Assembly: GCA_043803945.1 (NCBI GenBank)
Contig: JAZDJN010000110.1
Span: forward strand, 1-27,891
Direction of reading: 5' to 3'
DNA: 27,891 nucleotides
Source of the DNA: a bacterium
GTDB lineage: Bacteria; Bacteroidota; Ignavibacteria; UBA10030
The notes under the pieces are model-generated. The model did not search any database, was not told where the DNA came from, and saw only the letters and a list, made by a program, of their open reading frames with translations. Of this stretch, positions 1 through 9,791 are shown piece after piece (within the stretch, counting starts at the first letter, position 1; each line of letters opens with the position of its first letter). Position numbers and translations under genes: made by a program.

Positions 1-140
1 TGCGCAAAACCATCGGAATGGAAGGACAAAAGAACTAAATCGAAACGACGTTACAGTTACGCTAAACTACTAAATATACGGGCTTGGAAGGTGGGTAAAA
101 ATAATTGTCGTTGGTGGGTAATTTTAATTGACGTTGATCA
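1..140 (+). mobile_element. Probable right end of an IS21-family-like insertion sequence (terminal tandem repeats; possible last codons of istB at <1..38)
   Basis: Two tandem 23-nt repeats, ggtgggtaaaaataattgtcgtt (90-112) and ggtgggtaattttaattgacgtt (113-135), are 19/23 identical and end in ...gatCA at 140 (5'-TG on the minus strand). The + frame from base 3 reads RKTIGMEGQKN* (stop 36-38), compatible with an IstB-type 'S(M/L)RK' C-terminus. The neighbouring gene stops exactly at this end. Confidence 0.55.
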
Positions 141-641
141 AAAGAGCTTTTCTGGCTTCATATCCCCTTTTCGTACATACTGGTTATTAATGTGCAGGAT
201 GAAGCATCTCGAAATCTTTAATCCTGCTCCCTCATACGCGTATCGCTGCAGGGCAAGATCGTGCAAATTGATTTCCTTGACCTCCGTGGAGCTCTTGACC
301 TCGACGATTTCCCAATCGTTCTTGCCGACGGGATTCAGCATGTCTGCCCGGGCAAAGGCATGCTCATATTTAAATGCAGCTTCAAAAAGTGGTTTGCGGT
401 GTCGTATTGCTTCCTTTGACGCCTCAAATATCTTTGCGAAATCCAATACACCTTTTTCTACCTCAATTCCATCCGGATATAGCCGCTTGGCAAATTCACC
501 CACAAGATGTCCCTGATCAAATATTGCCTGTATCTGTGCATCAAATGCGGGTATCTGATCCTTGGCATTATACTGATACCACAACAGCTTGTGGCATTGG
601 AGGCCGGAGAGGTATTTTGATTTTGAAATGAAAGGAGTCAT
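138..641 (-). pseudogene. N-terminal part of a DUF2779-domain / PD-(D/E)XK Cas4-like nuclease protein, truncated
   Basis: Starts MTPFISKSKYLSGLQCHKLLW and has the nuclease motifs ARADML...EIVEVKSST...DLALQ. It is only 167 aa, whereas such proteins are usually much longer. Its TGA stop (138-140) is supplied by the putative IS terminus. Confidence 0.65.
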
Positions 642-707
642 GATTATAGAATCTTAGATCCCAGCACACATCATAATGTGGTTATACGTTATACGATCTT
701 TCTCAAC

Positions 708-3700
708 TCAACTTACAGATACAATGCTTCCCTGCTCACTATCGAGTTTAACCTTGATATAGTTATCAATTTCCTGCTGTAATTCTTCAACATGTGAAAT
801 CACCCCGACCACTCTGTTTTCTTTTCGTAATGATTTCAGTGCTTCGAAAACCGTGGTAAGGGATTCTTTATCTAATGTGCCGAATCCTTCATCAAGGAAG
901 AAGAAGTTTTCCTCTGTTTTGGCGACTTGCTGAATATTATCGGCCAACGCTAAAGCCAATGATAACGATGCCTGGAAGGTTTGACCTCCAGAAAGTGTTT
1001 TTACACTTCGCGTCTTCCCATCATTCAGAAAATCCCTAATTTGGAAAGAGTTGTCATCACGCAGTTCAAGCCTCAGTTTCTGTCGAGTCAATTGAGCGTA
1101 CCGCTGATTCGCTACCCCGCAGAGATTTTGGAGATAAATCCGGGATGCATAATTGACGAACCCTCCCCCCCGGAATAATCTCTTGAGTATTGCCAGGTCG
1201 GAGGCTTTTAGCTCTAATTTATCTTTCTCATTCTCCAGTTTGTGCTTTTTCTCCAGGTTCTTTGTTAATTCTGCAATATGGCTCTCTAGCCTGCCTATGT
1301 CTTGATTCACCTGCCTGATACTCTCCTTGATTTCATCAATCTTTGTCTGCAATTCCAAGTGCTTTGGTCTGTCATACAGAGATTCACTTGCCTCTTGTTC
1401 TAATTTATCCAAATGCTCCTTAGAGGTAATTACTTTTTCGTTAAAAGATCGAATCGCTTCCTTTTCCTTCTTTGTGTCAATTTTATTGGTCAGGATATTT
1501 TGAATTGCTGCGAGATTATCAAAGCCGGTGGAGTGCATCCGTTCTGTTAAATCATTATTGATGCCCTTCAATTTCTCCTGTAATGTTGCCTGGTTTGTTT
1601 CTTCTGTATCAATAACCCCGCTTAATTCACTCCGTCGCTCCTTCATTTTTCGTATTGAGTCGTCGAGCTCTTGATATCGAATCTCGATGTCCTTCACATA
1701 TCCTTTGAGCTTTTCTATTTCACTCTTGATCGATTGAGGTGCCCATTCATTGAATGACTCTTCCTTAAAGTGTTCTATCTTTTGAACCAATGTCTTCCGC
1801 TCGCCGCTTAGCTCAGACGATTTCTCTTTGACTTTCTGCAGAGCATCCTTCGCTTCTGATATTGTAGTATTTATCTCTTCTATCGTTGTCCGCGATTGTT
1901 CGATATTCTCTTCTAAATCAGCCAGATCGCTATTTATTGATTCTGCATGAGCAAGCTCATTGTCTATCTTATCAATGTTGTCTCGTGAGTAATCAGGCCA
2001 GCAATATTTTCCCTCCTGCTCAGTTAGGCTTGCGTTTTTTACTTCCAAATCTTTTAAGGTTTTCTCAAAGGCTTTGTTTGCGTTTTCGAGCTCTGAGTTA
2101 AGTCGAACAAACTCCTGAGTCTTTTCATCCAGGCCTTCAGCGTCTTTCTCGAGCTTACGTTTCTCCTTCTTGAGCAAATCGATCTGCGTTTTGATCCCTT
2201 TGCCAACATACTTGTGTGGATGATGTTCAGACCCGCATAGAGGACATGGATCTCCTTCGTTGAGGTTCGCCGCAAATGATTCAAGTACCTCGGTCTGTCT
2301 GAGAGTATCAATATCATTCTGCTTGCTTGCAGCAGCCAATCGACAGCCCTTCGCTATGGTTTTAAGCGTTTCGATTAACTTGCCCAAAGAATTTTTTCGA
2401 TCAGCACTTGTTGTGTAAGCAAGAACCTTTGAATCGGCAAGCAATGTTTCTTTTTCCATCTCGAGAGTCTTCAGGTTCTCAGAATGCTCATCCCTCAAGA
2501 TTTGGAGTCCGTCTATTGCCTCCTTGATCGAATAATACTTATCAGACCAACTCTTTATCTCTAAAAGCTTTTTCTCATTTGGCATCTCTTTCTTGGATTT
2601 CTTAAGCGTTGCTTCCATTTCTTTTGTTTCGATACGAAGCTTAGCGGCTTTTTCGGTCTTGGCTTTGATATTCTTTTCTAGTTTGCCTTGCTGCAGCTCA
2701 AGCGATTGAGCTTGATGATCTAATGTCAGGACTTCGCCAACCGACTCAAGCTCTTTCCACATTATTTCAGAGTCATGCCTATGTTCATATTCTTTTCTGG
2801 TCTGTTCGAACTCAAGTTCAGCCTGCTCTATCTTCTTACCAAGAGTAGTGATAGTCTTTCTGTTCTCATTGATCCTATTCAAGGCTTCCGATATTTGGGC
2901 CTCGGCATCATTCCGTTGTTTCAATATATCAGGAAAGTTCTTCTGGCAAAGTTCATATCGCTCAACAAGAAGCTCCCGGTTCCGGTAGTTGTCGCTTTGT
3001 TGATTCAACAGATCCAATGCTCGTCTTGCTTCCCCGACTTTATCCAGAAGCTTTTTCATGTCTTGCATTGACTTGTCAATCTTTTCGGAAACTGATAAGT
3101 CCCCTTCAAGCTTTCCCCGGCCTACAACCAGCTCATTGCGGTGTGTTGATTCTTGCTCAATGAGGCCTTCATCGATTTCTCCTATTTGGTGCAATTGACC
3201 CTTAACACCATCCAGGGCTGAACAAGTAGACTTGTCGATAACATCTGTTTTTGAGGCTAAATCATACCGATTGAGATTGAATATCTCTTTCATCATTCGG
3301 GTTCTATCGGTTTCACCTAATTGGAGAAACTCCTGGAATTGTCCCTGCGGAATGATGATGGTGCGTCGAAAATTCAAATAGCTCAAACCAATAATTTCTT
3401 CAGCGGTGGTGCAATCAAGGGGGATCCAACTTTCCCCCTGTAGTTTATATCCTTTACGATCTAACGTTTTTACGATATTGAAATCTTTCTTATCCCTGGT
3501 TCCCTTTACGGTGAAACGAAATATTTCCTGGTTTTTATTTCCAGACTTAAACTTGAAGTCAATGAAGAGCTCTCTGGACTTCAAATTCATCATGTTGTAA
3601 TTGCGGCCATCCCTCGAATTGAGACGTTCGGTTTCACCAAAAAGCGCATAGGATATTGCCTCCAGGATCGTCGATTTCCCGCTTCCAACCGGACCAAAGA

Positions 3701-3797
3701 TTCCAAATAAATGATTATTCGTTAGCTTCGTGAAATCAATAGTCTGTTCAGTTCTATATGAATAGATTCCTTTCAATGTCAAACTCAGCGGTATCAT
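708..3797 (-). CDS. sbcC: SbcC (Rad50-like SMC ATPase)
   Basis: Walker A GPVGSGKST, Q-loop IPQGQFQEFL, long coiled coil with central CPLCG zinc hook, signature LSGGQ, Walker B/D-loop FLDEGFGTLD and H-loop ISHV. ATGA overlap with the sbcD stop. Confidence 0.95.
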   Translation of the reverse strand: MIPLSLTLKGIYSYRTEQTIDFTKLTNNHLFGIFGPVGSGKSTILEAISYALFGETERLNSRDGRNYNMMNLKSRELFIDFKFKSGNKNQEIFRFTVKGTRDKKDFNIVKTLDRKGYKLQGESWIPLDCTTAEEIIGLSYLNFRRTIIIPQGQFQEFLQLGETDRTRMMKEIFNLNRYDLASKTDVIDKSTCSALDGVKGQLHQIGEIDEGLIEQESTHRNELVVGRGKLEGDLSVSEKIDKSMQDMKKLLDKVGEARRALDLLNQQSDNYRNRELLVERYELCQKNFPDILKQRNDAEAQISEALNRINENRKTITTLGKKIEQAELEFEQTRKEYEHRHDSEIMWKELESVGEVLTLDHQAQSLELQQGKLEKNIKAKTEKAAKLRIETKEMEATLKKSKKEMPNEKKLLEIKSWSDKYYSIKEAIDGLQILRDEHSENLKTLEMEKETLLADSKVLAYTTSADRKNSLGKLIETLKTIAKGCRLAAASKQNDIDTLRQTEVLESFAANLNEGDPCPLCGSEHHPHKYVGKGIKTQIDLLKKEKRKLEKDAEGLDEKTQEFVRLNSELENANKAFEKTLKDLEVKNASLTEQEGKYCWPDYSRDNIDKIDNELAHAESINSDLADLEENIEQSRTTIEEINTTISEAKDALQKVKEKSSELSGERKTLVQKIEHFKEESFNEWAPQSIKSEIEKLKGYVKDIEIRYQELDDSIRKMKERRSELSGVIDTEETNQATLQEKLKGINNDLTERMHSTGFDNLAAIQNILTNKIDTKKEKEAIRSFNEKVITSKEHLDKLEQEASESLYDRPKHLELQTKIDEIKESIRQVNQDIGRLESHIAELTKNLEKKHKLENEKDKLELKASDLAILKRLFRGGGFVNYASRIYLQNLCGVANQRYAQLTRQKLRLELRDDNSFQIRDFLNDGKTRSVKTLSGGQTFQASLSLALALADNIQQVAKTEENFFFLDEGFGTLDKESLTTVFEALKSLRKENRVVGVISHVEELQQEIDNYIKVKLDSEQGSIVSVS

Positions 3798-5017
3798 GCT
3801 TCCTCCGCTTTCATCACTTCACGCAACAAGCCCATCATCTGCTCGTTGGGTTCCTGACCCATTTCATGCTTGAAGTAATCTCTAAAAAGCTCCTCAACCG
3901 ATTTTGAAAGACTTGAAGAATCTACCCTCTCACTCACTCCGCTATCAGCATCGTTGATAACCGGAATAATGTCTACGATCCCGTCATGTGCTGAGTAAAT
4001 CGCCTTCCGTTCTTCCGCTGTCAGGTAGGTATCGCTTTCCATCGTCAGCTCAACAAGTGTGTTGGGATTTGATTCCAGCCACGCAATCGTTTCACCGACA
4101 GACTTGAATAGTTTTCTAAATACTTTCTTTCCCGAAACAAGCTCAACGCGTCTGTGTTGGGCGGGTTTGCCCGGTTCGAGGTCAACAATGGTAACAGATT
4201 TTGATTGCTCTGTGTCGTTCAGGCTATAAGAGAGGGGACTTCCACTATAAATTACAGGAGTATTCTCTCCCTGCATGACAATTCGCCGATGCAGGTGGCC
4301 GACAGCGACATATTGGACTTGAGGCGGGAGGTTATTTGTATAAATTGCCTGAGCACCACCGATGTCAAGTATCGGCTTCTCATCATCCGGCTCCGATAAT
4401 TCTTCACCGCCCTGTGCAGTCAAGAAGAGATGTGCAATCAGAATATTGATCCCTTGGGAGTCACAATGTTTTTCACAGATCTGCTGCCATCTCGTTTGTA
4501 GGATGGTTCGAAGTTGTTCCTCGGGATTTTCAATCCCCAGAAAAGACCTTAGACGCTTTTCATTTGCATAGGGTGTGATAACTATTCTTAGAGGAACTTC
4601 TTGGCGGGGCACCATTATTTCAATGAATCCTTCATCGGATCGTGCAACCGATAACCCGGAAGAAAGCGTAAATGGATGAACCTTCGTCAATGGATAGCCA
4701 ACGAAAATGATACCGCATTCACGGGCTAATGGATCTGGAGATTCAATTCTATCCGGGGAGTCGTGGTTTCCTGCAATTGCAATGACAATACGACTGCCTT
4801 CATTGGCGAGGCGTTTTAATGTGCGGTAAAATAGCTCAACGGATTCGACGGCAGGGTTGAAGGTATCAAATAAATCACCGGCAATAAGTATGGCATTTAC
4901 TTTTTCTCTTTCGGCAACCTGGCATATTTCATCAAGAACAGCCATTTGTTCAAGATGGCGGGAAATATTGCCGAGTGACTTACCGAGATGCCAATCGGAG
5001 GTGTGTAATAATTTCAT
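3794..5017 (-). CDS. sbcD: SbcD (Mre11-like metallophosphoesterase nuclease)
   Basis: Motifs HTSDWHLG, AGDLFD, AGNHDS, GHLH and YSGSPLSYS. RBS GGGAG upstream, and translationally coupled to sbcC. Confidence 0.95.
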   Translation of the reverse strand: MKLLHTSDWHLGKSLGNISRHLEQMAVLDEICQVAEREKVNAILIAGDLFDTFNPAVESVELFYRTLKRLANEGSRIVIAIAGNHDSPDRIESPDPLARECGIIFVGYPLTKVHPFTLSSGLSVARSDEGFIEIMVPRQEVPLRIVITPYANEKRLRSFLGIENPEEQLRTILQTRWQQICEKHCDSQGINILIAHLFLTAQGGEELSEPDDEKPILDIGGAQAIYTNNLPPQVQYVAVGHLHRRIVMQGENTPVIYSGSPLSYSLNDTEQSKSVTIVDLEPGKPAQHRRVELVSGKKVFRKLFKSVGETIAWLESNPNTLVELTMESDTYLTAEERKAIYSAHDGIVDIIPVINDADSGVSERVDSSSLSKSVEELFRDYFKHEMGQEPNEQMMGLLREVMKAEEA

Positions 5018-5247
5018 ACAACTCCCTAATTGATTAGGATATTAATTCATCCTACAGATCATCTGCTATCGTTGAGTATTTATCGTAACACTCACGAGAC
5101 AGCGCTTTAGCAGATGGCACCTTACTTGGCAAGGCCATTGACAAACCGGTGCCGCAGAGCATAACCAGACTATTGCTTTCTATTGAAAGTAGGAGTTGAT
5201 TCTTTAGTTTAGCTTCCATAGTCTTTGAGCAATAATCATAACATTTA

Positions 5248-7275
5248 TCAATTCAATCCCATCGCTTTAAACGCTGCGTCAATAGGATCGGAATAAATGA
5301 CAAGGCTAAATTTCGAAACCAGATCGGTTGGTACTTTCCCGAGTTGCGACATATCAGAAGCGGGAATAAGCACTTTCTTTGCACCGCTGTCACTTGCTAC
5401 CTGAAGGAATTCACCAAGATTGTCTGATCCGATGATTGCACCGCCAATACTCATAGATCCCAATACAATCATCTGTGAAAGTAAAGAACGCTCAGTGATG
5501 CTCGAAATGATAGAAAGAAACATTGCCAATTCTAATCCTTTGACATTTCCGATACCATTGAGGTCGGTTGCCTTGATGTGAAATTCATATTCATTGAATT
5601 TCGCTACCTGTGTCACACGATTCAGGTTTGACCTTACATAGTTGACGGCTTCCTTGAGTTCTTCTTTTATGGAGGTACCACCACCGAACCCAGTATCACT
5701 CATTTTGCCGTTGCCAGGCATTTTCTGAATATCGAGACGGAATAGTCCTTTGTGCCCCGTATCTGTATTTTGTGCAATCGCATAAACAGTACCAGCAGGT
5801 AGATCTCCTTCTGGAATAAGTGACTTTCCACCGCTCTCAGGTACACCGACGAAATGCTCCTCGTTGTCTGCCAGGTCGATGTAGCTGAAATGGACATCGT
5901 AAAATTCCATGCCGCCAAGCTTCTTCAACTGCTCTTTGATTCTTCGCCTTCCAACAAGTGCATACTCGAGGCATCGCTTTACATCTTCTTTCGAGAACTT
6001 GCCATCGGGGAACAGTAATTTGACAAGACCGCTTACCGTTCGTTTCACTGCAATAGTGTCTCGTTGGTTAAGATCTTTCCCTAGCCGGAAGTGCTGTATT
6101 ATTGCATCAGAGAAATTGTGTTTCCTCAGCTCACGCAGACATTCAGCGAGATAGTCAGAAATAAATCCGAACGCATTGGTGAAAAATTCCGGTCTCATCT
6201 TAGGTACTTCCCAGCCCGGCAGATAATGATGGAACCGGTCAAAGAATGCAGTATCGATCATATCCTGCGGAAATGGTGCCAATAGATGGCTTGTCTTTAC
6301 CATATTCTCGACAGATGAATTTATATTGCCAACAAACACCATGGATGCATCAGCATTGATGCTTTCTTTTCCTCTGCTGAAAGATCCATTCGCCATGAAA
6401 CCTTTCATGATCTGAATGCCGTCTTTGTCCTTTAGATTAATTCCAGCAACTTCATCAAAAGCTACAACATCCCATAAACCAACTAAACCGACGGTACGTG
6501 TACTCATATTATAAAATAGATTCGCGACGGTCGTTTGTCCTCCAGAGATCAATATGGAATAGGGGGATATTTCATCATAGACGTACGATTTTCCTGTTCC
6601 TCTTGGGCCTAATTCGCAGATGTTATAGTTCTTCTCGACAAATGGAATCATGCGTGCAACAAGATGCCACTTCGTATCTTGATCGAGATTCACCGGTTCC
6701 ATGCCGATGCTTCGGCATATTATGTCAATCCATTCATCAAGAGTAAAATTCTGACGTGCGTTAAGATATTCGGAGAGATCCAATCCGGGCATTTGAATCG
6801 GTTTCAAATCGACAATTTTGAACGGTGAATCCTGAGAATTTTCATCAAAATAATACTCGATATTTAGAATGCACCAGATGCCTCCAGCGAGCAGCTTTTC
6901 ATATTTGCGGACGTATGATTCATCAACGATAATATTTCTAATATTTATGTTTGACAGCAATCCTTCGTAACGATCCTGTTTTTCATTCAGCTTGGCGGTC
7001 ACTTTGTCAATTATTTTATAGCGCCCCTTTTCCTTTATTTTCGACTTTACCTTTTCAGCTTCATCCGGTCGAACATAATTTTCGGCAAGAATCTGCTTTA
7101 CCTTCTGAATCCCCTCTTTGATAATAACCTCATCATCTGTTGCACAATACATTCCTAGAAGATATTCGAGAACATACACTGGTACGTTTGCCCCTTCGCG
7201 AATATGTTTGGTGAGATCTTTCCGAACAACTTTGCCCGGAAAGAATTGATTCAGTTTTTGATCTAGTGTATCCAT
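5248..7275 (-). CDS. brxL: BREX Lon-related AAA+ protein BrxL
   Basis: N-terminus FPGKVVRKDLT...NVPVYVLEYLLGMYC, Walker A GPRGTGKS, Walker B VAFDEV, DTAFFDRFH and a Lon-like C-terminal domain. Last gene of the BREX operon. Confidence 0.95.
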   Translation of the reverse strand: MDTLDQKLNQFFPGKVVRKDLTKHIREGANVPVYVLEYLLGMYCATDDEVIIKEGIQKVKQILAENYVRPDEAEKVKSKIKEKGRYKIIDKVTAKLNEKQDRYEGLLSNINIRNIIVDESYVRKYEKLLAGGIWCILNIEYYFDENSQDSPFKIVDLKPIQMPGLDLSEYLNARQNFTLDEWIDIICRSIGMEPVNLDQDTKWHLVARMIPFVEKNYNICELGPRGTGKSYVYDEISPYSILISGGQTTVANLFYNMSTRTVGLVGLWDVVAFDEVAGINLKDKDGIQIMKGFMANGSFSRGKESINADASMVFVGNINSSVENMVKTSHLLAPFPQDMIDTAFFDRFHHYLPGWEVPKMRPEFFTNAFGFISDYLAECLRELRKHNFSDAIIQHFRLGKDLNQRDTIAVKRTVSGLVKLLFPDGKFSKEDVKRCLEYALVGRRRIKEQLKKLGGMEFYDVHFSYIDLADNEEHFVGVPESGGKSLIPEGDLPAGTVYAIAQNTDTGHKGLFRLDIQKMPGNGKMSDTGFGGGTSIKEELKEAVNYVRSNLNRVTQVAKFNEYEFHIKATDLNGIGNVKGLELAMFLSIISSITERSLLSQMIVLGSMSIGGAIIGSDNLGEFLQVASDSGAKKVLIPASDMSQLGKVPTDLVSKFSLVIYSDPIDAAFKAMGLN

Positions 7276-7289
7276 AATGTTTTACCTGC

Positions 7290-9791
7290 TTATTCATCGA
7301 ATTCACTGCTGAATGAGATCAGCATACGATATCTAAATTCTTTGTATGGTCGGAGGAGCGTTGTGCCCTCAATTGGTTCTTCAAGTTTCAAAACGACTTC
7401 CTGATTGTTGTATTGCGTTGCATCGGAAACGAAAAGGAATGTATGTCGCTTTTCTCTGCCCGATGAGTCTTTTTCTGAGCTATCGAAGTTGATGTTTGTA
7501 ACGTCTGAAATAGCTTTTCCACTTTGCGAATAGAATCCTGCCCGTACTTGTCGAGCAAGCATTTTTTCACCAACAGCCTGGCGTTGGTAAAAGCTGATGC
7601 CATACTGATTACTGGTAATGTTTGTTGTTCCACCCAAGATGTCGATCTCAACATATTCAATATCGCTTTTTCGCTTCTTATTCACTTCCAGCACCGGTAA
7701 TACAATTTCCTGCAGACTAGCGCCGCCATGCACATATCGGCTGCCAGCACCCTGAACACGAAGCCGATTGATAGATTTTGGAATCAACACTTCAATGTCA
7801 CCCGACAAACCAAGTTGCTGATCTGTAAAATTCATCACTGTTGGACCACTATTGAGCTGTTTTCCAATGACAAATCTTCTACTACTCTTGAAAATATTTC
7901 CTTCAGGCATAAAGTCATTGAAGTCGCTTTCGTCAAGCCGACTATGCTGATAGAGGAATCCGTGATCAGCCGTAATGATCATGTTCGAACCATTCATGTT
8001 CGCTATCTGCTTGATGATCTTAATCATCATCTTGAATTCATCTTCAACAGCGCCGAATACTTTGTTTTCAGAGCTCTTATCATCTCCAACCTTGTCGATA
8101 CCGTTGTGGAAGATATAAATCACCTGATACGGTTTAATATTCTCCCTGCCAGCGTGTGCGTTCATTGCGAGGAAATCTTCAGAAGATATGGCCAGACTGC
8201 CAGGATGCGCTTTCTGAAGCACTTTGGTGCGACTCTCCATTCCTTTGGTGCTTGATCCATCTGCAAAGACCGTATCGCTTTCTTTATCAAACGAAAGCTC
8301 CTTGTGTGGTAACAACGCTGCCATTCCAAGTTGTGTGAATGACGGAATTACTCCGAGCACAGGATGAAGATCAGCGGTGTATCTATCTTCCTTCAGAATG
8401 ATCTCTCGTAGTTCAACCGCAGTTTCATACCGAAGCGCATCAGAGATGATGACAAATATCCTTTTCCCCTTCTCCACGTATTGCCGAATGTATCTGCTGT
8501 AGAATTCTCTTTGAAACTCGATTCCACCAATCTCCCAATCGCTTTGAGCATCTATTACTCTCTGCCATGAATCCGACAGTGGCAAGAGAAATGAATTGGT
8601 ATAAGCCTTCTCGATCTTTGTCGTTAAGTCTTTTAACAGGTTCTGATGCTCTGCATTCTCGCTGAAGTAAATATATTTCCTGTATAGGAAGTCGATTCTG
8701 AAGTGCTGTTTTGCGTATAGCAAAAAGCCGTCTTTCGCATTATCTGCTTTTAAATCTGCTTTTCGAATTTCATCCAGCAAGAGACTACCATGGCTTAATG
8801 CCTGATACATATTCTCGTAGTTCTTGTAAAAGAATTTCGTCTTGCGTTTATCGATCCATTCCTGAATCGACTGGTTGGACAGGGTTTCTTTCAGTAGATG
8901 GTCGCGTAAGCCGAGTAAAATAGTTTTATCGACTGCATCGAATGTGTTTACATCCAGCAGTTCTTCCGCGTGTAATGTTTGGATCTCACTTTCGATACCT
9001 AGTTCTGCTGCTGCACGATTACTTAATTGCTCGAATACTGTTTGCGATTTTGCATGTTCCTTCCAGCGGTTTACAAAAAGATAGGCATCCTTCGAAAGTG
9101 CCGGTATTCTCTTTGGCAACGCACGGTGATAATTACTTAAGAGAAGTTTTGCTAATAGATCTTTGATGCTTGTTTCGGTTGATGTGTAGCCGAATTTCTT
9201 TTCGAGATGCTCCCAGAAGAATGTGGCAAGTTGAAATCGCTTTATGGTATCGTACTTGATTGTCGCGTTTAGCAGAAGATCTTCAAAGAGAGCAAACAAC
9301 ACTTTGTCCCATTCCGGTTCACAGTCGCATATAACGGATAACATTTTGAGCCGTAATTTTGACTCTCGATCATCCGGCTCCAACAGTGCTTTTAATTTTT
9401 GAATACGATTGGCATCAGTAAAGAATTCTTCATGGTTCTGTATTACTGACTCAAATTCCGGCGGCAACCCGAGCTCCTGTAAATATAGAGAAGAGGGCTT
9501 TGCATGAAATTCATAATAAGCAAGATTCAAATCCAGCAACCAATTTAATGAATCGGCTGGTTTGGGCTTGAGTTGGTAAAGAAGGAATTTTGTATCGGGA
9601 TGTTCCACCAACACCTGATATTTGACGCCGAATTCATTGTTGTTGATAAACACTTTGTGAACATCGACAAACGAGAGGCTTTCAAACAGCTTTTGCATAT
9701 CGGCTTTGTCATCATACCAAAAGATCAGCCGGTGCTGTTGAAAGAGTTTCAGCAGGGCATCTTCAATTTTCTTCTGCACTTCAAACATCAT
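7290..9791 (-). CDS. pglZ: BREX-1 alkaline-phosphatase-fold protein PglZ
   Basis: RLIFWYD N-terminus, ISDALRYE, PSFTQLGMAALLPH, TADHGF and YVHGGASLQEI. 833 aa, positioned before brxL. Confidence 0.95.
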   Translation of the reverse strand: MMFEVQKKIEDALLKLFQQHRLIFWYDDKADMQKLFESLSFVDVHKVFINNNEFGVKYQVLVEHPDTKFLLYQLKPKPADSLNWLLDLNLAYYEFHAKPSSLYLQELGLPPEFESVIQNHEEFFTDANRIQKLKALLEPDDRESKLRLKMLSVICDCEPEWDKVLFALFEDLLLNATIKYDTIKRFQLATFFWEHLEKKFGYTSTETSIKDLLAKLLLSNYHRALPKRIPALSKDAYLFVNRWKEHAKSQTVFEQLSNRAAAELGIESEIQTLHAEELLDVNTFDAVDKTILLGLRDHLLKETLSNQSIQEWIDKRKTKFFYKNYENMYQALSHGSLLLDEIRKADLKADNAKDGFLLYAKQHFRIDFLYRKYIYFSENAEHQNLLKDLTTKIEKAYTNSFLLPLSDSWQRVIDAQSDWEIGGIEFQREFYSRYIRQYVEKGKRIFVIISDALRYETAVELREIILKEDRYTADLHPVLGVIPSFTQLGMAALLPHKELSFDKESDTVFADGSSTKGMESRTKVLQKAHPGSLAISSEDFLAMNAHAGRENIKPYQVIYIFHNGIDKVGDDKSSENKVFGAVEDEFKMMIKIIKQIANMNGSNMIITADHGFLYQHSRLDESDFNDFMPEGNIFKSSRRFVIGKQLNSGPTVMNFTDQQLGLSGDIEVLIPKSINRLRVQGAGSRYVHGGASLQEIVLPVLEVNKKRKSDIEYVEIDILGGTTNITSNQYGISFYQRQAVGEKMLARQVRAGFYSQSGKAISDVTNINFDSSEKDSSGREKRHTFLFVSDATQYNNQEVVLKLEEPIEGTTLLRPYKEFRYRMLISFSSEFDE

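Noticed and set aside
708-5017. sbcCD as part of the defence system
   Set aside because: It looks like a canonical repair pair separated from brxL by 230 bp, and nothing in the sequence ties it to BREX.
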